Assembly: GCA_905178155.1 (NCBI GenBank)
Contig: CAJINV010000040.1
Coordinates: 4,970-33,492, forward strand
Source: Amoebophrya sp. A120
Taxonomy: Eukaryota; Protista; Dinoflagellata
DNA length: 28,523 nt
Reading direction: 5' to 3'
Below, one piece after another: positions 22,236-28,523 of this stretch. The number at the start of each line of letters is the position of its first letter. Position 1 is the first letter of the stretch. Position numbers and translations under genes: made by a program. The notes under the pieces were generated by a model. It saw only the letters and a list, made by a program, of their open reading frames with translations. It was not told the origin of the DNA and did no database searches.

Positions 22236-22548
22236 TGTGTGGGCTAGTTGTATTTGAAAGAAACGCAGCTACAGCTTTGGTAATTGCAGATGCAATGGTG
22301 ATGATGCTCGAGTTGCGTCCTCACGGTTGTACAAGCACGCCAGTTTGCTGCCGCTTTTGTTTTTGTTCATCTACACTCACCAAACAATGTGAACACACGA
22401 CTCATTGGTTTTGCAGAAAAAGAGAGCGAGTGAGCTCCGGACGTAAGCGCATTCACAGGGAATTTGATTGTATTCAGTTCAGACATGTCTGAATTGCTGT
22501 GCCTTTCCCGAGAGTCCTGCGCCCGCGAGACAAGACTGAGGAAGCGGT

Positions 22549-23343
22549 TTAGTGGTAGAGCGAACCCGCCAGGGAGTCCGCCGCCATAGCTCCAGCCTTC
22601 AACTGTGCGATCTCCTCTTCAGCCCCATAAACACGACTTGGCGACGGCAGCACGATGTTTGTGTGGCCATAGGCGCCGGTTGCAGAGTCACTAGACTGGA
22701 ACGAGACCGGCATGTTGGTCAGGAACGTGATCAAAGAACCGGCCATGTCCCTGGTGGCATCTGGGGTACTTTCCTTCTGTGCGAGATTTTTGACTTTGAA
22801 CAGGAGGGGCTGCATGGCAACGCGAGCATTGGGCAGAGAAGCAAGATCCAACAATCCTGCGACACCATGCTGTGCAGAATAGCCACCAGCGTCAACGAGC
22901 GACCCGTAGTAGCTGACTGCATCTTTGAAAACAGATCCATCTGCACCCTCACGCTGGAGATCGGATAGCGGCGTGCGCAGAAAGGATTTGTGTGCCGCGC
23001 GTTCTAACATCTGCACTTCCTGTTGCTCGACGCCAGCCAGTGCAGTTGCAGCGGCAGCACGATCAGCTGCGAGCGACGCAGACGCGGTCTCACCTACGTG
23101 CAAGTTCAACACGGGACGCTGCAAGAAGCTGTACTTTTTAGCCGCAGCGCTCATCACTGCCTCCACGCCGGCGTTGCGCAGCACTGGTTGGGCCAGCGCA
23201 GGCGCAATTTTTTGCTGAAAATCCGCGGAATTCGAGCTGATTCCAGCAGAGAGCGCCTCACCCAATTGTTCACCGACCGCGAAAGACGGCATAGCCGCCT
23301 CAGCAACGGCAGCGAAAGTGCAGGCGACGAAAAGTTTTGACAT
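22549..23343 (-). CDS. Secreted protein with two SFL motifs and a helical (ARM-like?) C-terminal region, ~264 aa
   Basis: Signal MSKLFVACTFAAVAEA; YSFLQRPVLNLHVGE; KSFLRT; C-terminal AGSLITFLTNMPV...GAYGHTNIVLPSPSRVY. Confidence 0.85.
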   Translation of the reverse strand: MSKLFVACTFAAVAEAAMPSFAVGEQLGEALSAGISSNSADFQQKIAPALAQPVLRNAGVEAVMSAAAKKYSFLQRPVLNLHVGETASASLAADRAAAATALAGVEQQEVQMLERAAHKSFLRTPLSDLQREGADGSVFKDAVSYYGSLVDAGGYSAQHGVAGLLDLASLPNARVAMQPLLFKVKNLAQKESTPDATRDMAGSLITFLTNMPVSFQSSDSATGAYGHTNIVLPSPSRVYGAEEEIAQLKAGAMAADSLAGSLYH

Positions 23344-23647
23344 CTTCCTGGCGATGATTCCACGAAAAAAAACACGACGCCAAGGACTTGTGCTACGGCA
23401 AGTCAAGCAACATTTCTCTTTGATTTCTCTTTGATTACGCGGGCTGATTCTGTCTCTTTGATTACGAGTATTGCATTTTTTGGGTGGCCGCTCGTTGTCA
23501 CGACACATGAGCACGAATTTAGGAACACATATGAACGTGAGACGCTGGAAAATACATTGTGGAAAATGGGAATCAAAAAACTATCAGGATTTCATCAGTG
23601 TATTGTCGCGTCCGATTTTTTGACACGTCACCGGTTTGGCATCCTGC

Positions 23648-24653
23648 CTATGGCGGGCTGGCCACTAACGGGCTGCCAATAACCTTGCATTTGCTGGTGA
23701 CGGCCTGTTTTGTGTAAAGGGAAGGAAATCATGGGAAAGCCTCCTGATCCGGCGCGACGCAATTAATCACAAAAGAAAAGCTACACGGATCCCCCCGTAC
23801 TAGTCTATAGAAAAAATAGCTGAATAGTGTACCTTTGTGGCCTCCCAAACCGAATCATTGATGCCCCAGACCTTTCCCATCAACGAGTGGACCGGTCCGC
23901 AAAACGGAGCGAATCTGAGCAAGCACGTGCTGGCGGTGTAAACGTCGATGCAGGCACACAGAATTTTGGTCGCAACACCCAATACATGGATTGGGAGGTT
24001 GATGGCTTGGTAGATGGCCAGGGTCGCGACACGACCGAAGTTGCAGCGGTTGCCCAGTGCCTCCACCAGCTTGCAGGACTTGGCGTCAAGGTATGCCAAA
24101 CAAAAATACCATTTCTGTCCGATTCTCAAACCGCATGTAAGCTCTAACTAAGCTCTCCGTCACTCCGTGAATACACCTGAGTTTCAGTACTGAATGCAAG
24201 AATTACATTGTTGTCTGGGCATTTTGGTAGTTTTGTTTATGATAAAAAGCAGGGCGCGTCCATCATTGGAACAGCAGACGACAAGGTGCTGCGCTCTTTC
24301 AAAAAGGCGCTGTGGGTTGCCTGGAACTCAGCTAGCGCCGTGGTCGGGTCCTCATGCTCCACAGCGGCTTGGAATTCCTTCATTTTGTTGAAAGTGTCAG
24401 CGGTTTGTTCCTGAAGTGCAGACAGGACCGTTTTGCCATCCTTCTGTGCAGTCGACATCACGGAATCCCAGTACTTCACGCATTCCGCACCACAGTCCTT
24501 GCTCAACACCTCGCGGACCTCATTCAGCTTATCCAGCGGCACCTCAGTGTGCTGTGCAGGGAGGGACAGCAGACGGTTCCCCGCGGTGATCCGCTGCGAC
24601 ATGGACAGAGCGCTGGCGCCCGCCACAACCGTCAAGGATACAGCAACTTTCAT
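23648..24653 (-). CDS. Secreted Cys-rich protein, 3 exons (24245-24653, 23833-24086, 23648-23704), ~239 aa
   Basis: Signal MKVAVSLTVVAGASA. The introner-like intron ~24087-24244 and GT-AG intron 23705-23832 give DAPCF(Y/D)AKSCKLVEALGNRCNFGR...LCAC...CLLRFAPFC...WEATK-AVTSKCKVIGSP. Confidence 0.78.
24092..24244. mobile_element. Introner-like inverted-repeat element
   Basis: Ends TATGCCAAACAAAAATACCA and TATCATAAACAAAACTACCA. Removing element plus 5 nt joins ORF 24237-24653 to the frame of ORF 23800-24129. Confidence 0.82.
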
Positions 24654-24919
24654 CTTAGTGTCTCAGTTTGGAAAAAAAACGCACTATTTGGGAGACGAAT
24701 GCGTTGGAAAGACTCAATGATTGACTTGGAGGGTTTGGCCATTTGATTTTGACAAAAGACCGGAAGAGCAAAAGCCATTTTGGTGCGGTCGCGCCCAGAC
24801 GAACACATCATGACGACATAAGGCATGAAGGACCAGTTTGGGTCTCTGTGTAGGTTAGTTACTAACTTTTATCAGGAGACTGTTATTGTCACTTGTTTAC
24901 ATTGTTGGAGTGCCACTGT

Positions 24920-25306
24920 TTACACGCGCAAGCTAGCGAGACCCGCAGAAAAGGCTTGCATATCATAAGCAGCTTGGCTAGAGTCAGCGACGGAGGAAGC
25001 CGACGCAGTAAACTCAGGGCGTTTCTCCACGATGTTGACCTTCGCCGGAGAGTCGGTCCGCATTGGCTGCGTCAAAAACAAAGCCTCCTTGACCATGCCT
25101 GGAGATCCGGCCCACGCAGCAGCCCCAGTTTTAAGGAAGGAAGTTTTGCCCATGACTTGGGAGTGCATGAACGCCTGAATGCGAGCCTCCAATGCAGCAA
25201 TGTCTTTGGCGCTTGCTGTCAGGTGTCCCGGGCCAGCAACTTTGATGGACTCTGCAGTGCAGCAGGCAAAAAAAGCCGCAACCGCGATAAAGAGTGTACG
25301 CAGCAT
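24920..25306 (-). CDS. Small secreted protein, ~128 aa
   Basis: Signal MLRTLFIAVAAFFACCTA; TSFLKT; PAKVNIVEKRP followed by a helix. Confidence 0.82.
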   Translation of the reverse strand: MLRTLFIAVAAFFACCTAESIKVAGPGHLTASAKDIAALEARIQAFMHSQVMGKTSFLKTGAAAWAGSPGMVKEALFLTQPMRTDSPAKVNIVEKRPEFTASASSVADSSQAAYDMQAFSAGLASLRV

Positions 25307-25654
25307 TCTTCGCAAGAAGTTCTAGTTTCAGGTTCTCTATTCAAAAAAAGTGCTACAAGATTAAGAGGAGACCGTGCAATGTTAGTCAAGCAGACAGTGT
25401 TGTAGTAAAACGTTAGGCGACGGCAGCTTTGGCATCAGGTTTGAGTGCACAGCATTCACTCCGCTCTGGACGTATCCGAGTCCTAGCCTGTCTCTCAAGG
25501 CAGCGTCGAACGAACAGAATGATTGAGCAATGACGTTCGAGGCTACACAGCCCAGCGAAGAATCTGAGGAGTGGGGTTCTCTATTCCAACTTAGAAACGA
25601 GTGCACTAGAAGAGTCACGCTTAGCTGCGGTAATCAGGCGACACAGGTTGCTGC

Positions 25655-26212
25655 TTAGTACGCGACATCGCAGAAGATCTGCGCTTCTTGCTTCTCCGCG
25701 ACGCTCAGGTCAGACGGCAGGCCTCTGGTGCAGAAACCCGAGTAGCTTCCGGTAGGATTGCACGTTCCCGCGGTCTCCACCCATCCAGACGGGCAGGTAG
25801 CGGTCGGTCCAGTGAGTCCAGAGAGCTTAGTCGCGGCCGCCGCAACCTGTTGGGCAATTGTGGACAAATCACCGCTGGACAGTCCGGTCAGCTTCAGAAA
25901 GCTCGCAGCACCCGTGGAGTAAGGCAAAGTAAACTTGCCGACGGTCGTGGGCGACGACCCCATTGCGGCTTTCACCGCTGCTGTGAGCTGCTTCTCCTCC
26001 GGCGATGACGGAGCGGCAGCAGCAAACGCTTCAGCGCCCGCGAGTAAATCTCCGGTCACCCCTCCCAACTTCGCATCCGACGGCATGGTGGCAGCAGTCA
26101 ATCCAGCTGCACCTCCTCCAGACAGCGAGCCGATAAGCCCCGACGCTGCCGACGCGCTGTCCCTCACTTTGAGGGCGGAGGCGGCTCCAAAAAGGCAGAA
26201 AACAACGCGCAT
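25655..26212 (-). CDS. Secreted Ala/Gly/Ser-rich protein with C-terminal CPW-WPC-like domain, 185 aa
   Basis: Signal MRVVFCLFGAASA; ASFLKL; TCPSGW...C.PTGSYSGFC...EKQEAQIFCDVAY. Confidence 0.85.
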   Translation of the reverse strand: MRVVFCLFGAASALKVRDSASAASGLIGSLSGGGAAGLTAATMPSDAKLGGVTGDLLAGAEAFAAAAPSSPEEKQLTAAVKAAMGSSPTTVGKFTLPYSTGAASFLKLTGLSSGDLSTIAQQVAAAATKLSGLTGPTATCPSGWVETAGTCNPTGSYSGFCTRGLPSDLSVAEKQEAQIFCDVAY

Positions 26213-26553
26213 GTTGCTCGACTAAAAGGTAAACTAGATTTCTTGGTTCTAAATTTTGTTGGTCATGGACACAATGAGGAGAAAAATAATCCAGGTGGCC
26301 GTTTAGATTCCAATCTCTCCGCGAAACAGCATATGACGAGGACTATAAATTTGCTTACCACATTTGTTTCTCATCACTCAGCGATTGGGGTGATGACGAC
26401 TCATATAGAACACAGAAGAAGAAACTATTTTGATGGAGCGCATGAAGAACTCACGAAGCAGAGTTGAGATTTCAAAAGCGAAACATAGACGCGTTTTTCA
26501 TCAGTCAAATGTAGGAAGGTCCGCTCGAGCGGCTCCGGGCGCCAAGGAGAGAT

Positions 26554-27672
26554 TTAGCGCAGCTGTGACTGCAAGCTGGAAATGGCCTGCATCTCACCCT
26601 TGACAGCTGCGATATCTGCACCGGAGACGAAGGTCGGAGTCTCAATGTCCACGTTCAGCACCGGAGCGGAGCGCGGCACATCATCACCACTCAGGAAGGA
26701 GCTGTGGGACATTTCAGCTTCCAAGCTAGCGAGGCGCTTGGCCGCGTACGCAAATCCGTCAGCCGTCAGGCGTGCCATATCTACCTTCTTGCCCTTTGAA
26801 GCGGAGTCAACCATCACGTGCACAGTCGGCTCACGGGAAGGAGAGGCCTTCAAGAAGGACGCGCCCAAAGCAGCGGAGCGAATGGCTTGGAAGGATTTTT
26901 CAATGCTCTGCTCGAGCGACGTCTTGATGGATTGGTACTCACTTTCCAGGACCGAGGCCGGGGCACCTGCTTCAAAGTACACGTCAGTCTTGCCCTTTTG
27001 CAGAAAGGACGCGGCTTTCAACGCGGCCAACTCCTGGGTGAACCCTGCATGTGGCACGTCATAGTGGATGTCGATCACAGACGGGAGCGAGGCCTGCATG
27101 GTGGACTGAATGGCAACTGGCGGCACGAAAGGCTCCAGAAAGCTGGACTTGCCGCGCACGATCCGGCCGATCTTCGCGATCTCTGCAGAGAGCATAGCCT
27201 GCTTGAGGGATGCGTCCGCGGCAGCTTCGGCCGACGACTTTGCAGATTCAGTTTTGAAAATAGACGAGACGGCAGCGTCAACCGACGCCTTGTCTTCAGC
27301 AGGAGCGTGCAACACGAATTCATGATCCGCAGCTGGAGCGAGCGACGAATAACCCTGGAGAAACGAGTGATGCGCGCCAACGATGCTGTGAACCTTGGCA
27401 ATCTCTGCGTTCAGAAGACGTTGCTTGTCCGCTAGCCCCGCCGCTTCCAGACCCTTTTCATGGGCCTTCTCAACAGCCATCAGCGCATCAATGTCAGCGT
27501 TTGCCTCGGCAGATGGCATGGAGGGGGGCATCAGGTTCAAAGTGTAAGGAGTCGCGTCGGCGGCCTTACCCGCAATGCCCGATGCCACACCCGGCGGCAC
27601 CATTTCCAGCGGGTCAGGGAACATCCGCGCACCATGAGCGCACAGGGAAGTCGCTGCAAGCACACGAAACAT
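26554..27672 (-). CDS. Secreted polyprotein-like protein with five SFL motifs and internal repeats, ~372 aa
   Basis: Signal MFRVLAATSLCAHGA; SFLQ, SFLE, SFLQ, SFLK, SFLS. Modules 1 and 2 are homologous (KQRLLNAEIAKVHSIV vs KQAMLSAEIAKIGRIV). Confidence 0.88.
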   Translation of the reverse strand: MFRVLAATSLCAHGARMFPDPLEMVPPGVASGIAGKAADATPYTLNLMPPSMPSAEANADIDALMAVEKAHEKGLEAAGLADKQRLLNAEIAKVHSIVGAHHSFLQGYSSLAPAADHEFVLHAPAEDKASVDAAVSSIFKTESAKSSAEAAADASLKQAMLSAEIAKIGRIVRGKSSFLEPFVPPVAIQSTMQASLPSVIDIHYDVPHAGFTQELAALKAASFLQKGKTDVYFEAGAPASVLESEYQSIKTSLEQSIEKSFQAIRSAALGASFLKASPSREPTVHVMVDSASKGKKVDMARLTADGFAYAAKRLASLEAEMSHSSFLSGDDVPRSAPVLNVDIETPTFVSGADIAAVKGEMQAISSLQSQLR

Positions 27673-27957
27673 CTTGTTTCTGTGACTAACAAAACAAAGA
27701 AAAAGATTCACTACAAGGATCACACGCTTCAAATAAGCATTGCAGACCACATCTGGGAGCTCGCGAAGTTTGGTAGGCCTTTTGCATTTGCGCTCATTAT
27801 TTGGGGCAACGATTTGCGCTCATTTTGTAACGTTTGAACAAAACGACACTCAAAGGAGTGGATCTCAGACCTTTTGTCGCGGTCCGTCAGAAAACTCTGA
27901 TTCAATCATTTGCACTGATATTCACGCACAAGTCCGCGTTGCTCTTGGATCATCAGT

Positions 27958-28523
27958 TCAGCATCCTCCCGGACAGGACGCAGCCGCCGAGGCGTAGGTC
28001 GGGTGCGGCCGGGGGGCATGCTCCATACCCAACATCATTTCCCGGAAGGCAGCCAAGCCCGTGGTGTCCGGCTGCGGCGGGACCGGGAGACTTCCCATGG
28101 CGCCCAGAATCGCATCGCCTTTGCGCAGAAAACTGGAGGGAGTGAGCGCCGCCAGAAGGGCCTGCAGGTGTTTTTGAGTACAGAGTGAGTATGTTATTTT
28201 TCCCGAGCAGAAAAATGTGTGAACAAACGAGCGACGAGAAAATGCAGATTCACAAAGAAAGAGTATTATACTTTATCAGAACGCAACTCCTGAGCCGCCG
28301 CAGCGATACGATTGTCCAGCGCCAAGCCGCTTTCCATGGACGACATGGCCGAAGCCGCGTCAAAGGCCGGGAAGTGGTACCGGACGTTCACTTCTGGCAG
28401 GCTGTGGGCAATTTCACCAGTGAATTCTGCTTTTTCAGCCGGGAGGCCGTAATTTCCGGGGGCCGTCGGCGAGTTAAACGCCGTGAAGCCAGCGACGAGC
28501 GTCGCGCACGATGCAAAAACAGT
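27958..28523 (-). CDS. 5'-truncated secreted protein, 2 exons (28272-28523+, 27958-28161); absent from the ORF track
   Basis: Open frame TVFASCATLVAG...PEVNVRYHFP...RSDK, then GT-AG intron 28162-28271, then ALLAALTPSSFLRKG...FREMMLGMEHAPRPH...SCPGGC*. Homologous to FREMMIGMSHTPRPH in 15099-15908. Confidence 0.8.

Noticed and set aside
14709-27750. Longer N-termini from TTG/GTG or upstream ATG starts in the ORF track (14819, 17547, 19509, 21533, 23514, 27750)
   Set aside because: The extensions run through the T-tracts, and the downstream ATGs directly precede signal peptides.
14431-27837. Plus-strand ORFs over the array (e.g. 20175-20999, 18716-19252, 26818-27435, 23827-24147)
   Set aside because: They mirror the minus-strand genes and have no signal peptides or domains.

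Overview
Eukaryotic DNA, most likely from a parasitic alveolate such as a syndinian dinoflagellate (Amoebophrya-like). This is inferred from CPW-WPC proteins, a single-strand gene array and inverted-repeat non-canonical introns. The window has four parts. (1) 1-3700: degenerate non-coding repeats and at most a weak plus-strand gene. (2) ~4154-11159, minus strand: one long Strawberry-notch (SBNO) helicase-like gene that the ORF track shows only as fragments. It is split by about 11 introns, 9 of which are small elements bounded by TAT-N7-AAA-type inverted repeats and often 5-nt direct repeats (introner-like). Removing element plus 5 nt gives an open frame at each. (3) 12385-13500: an orphan gene with the same intron type. 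(4) 14061-28523: a dense array of at least 15 co-oriented, intron-poor genes, all with signal-peptide-like N-termini. It includes CPW-WPC proteins, a 41-3-antigen-like pair, a Frizzled-CRD-like protein and novel proteins. Eleven of the 15 carry S-F-L-x motifs (17 copies) that often separate repeated beta-strand plus amphipathic-helix modules. This array is the best candidate for an undescribed system: a clustered set of proteolytically matured, possibly co-assembling secretory-organelle proteins. All family calls are by eye from motifs; no searches were run.
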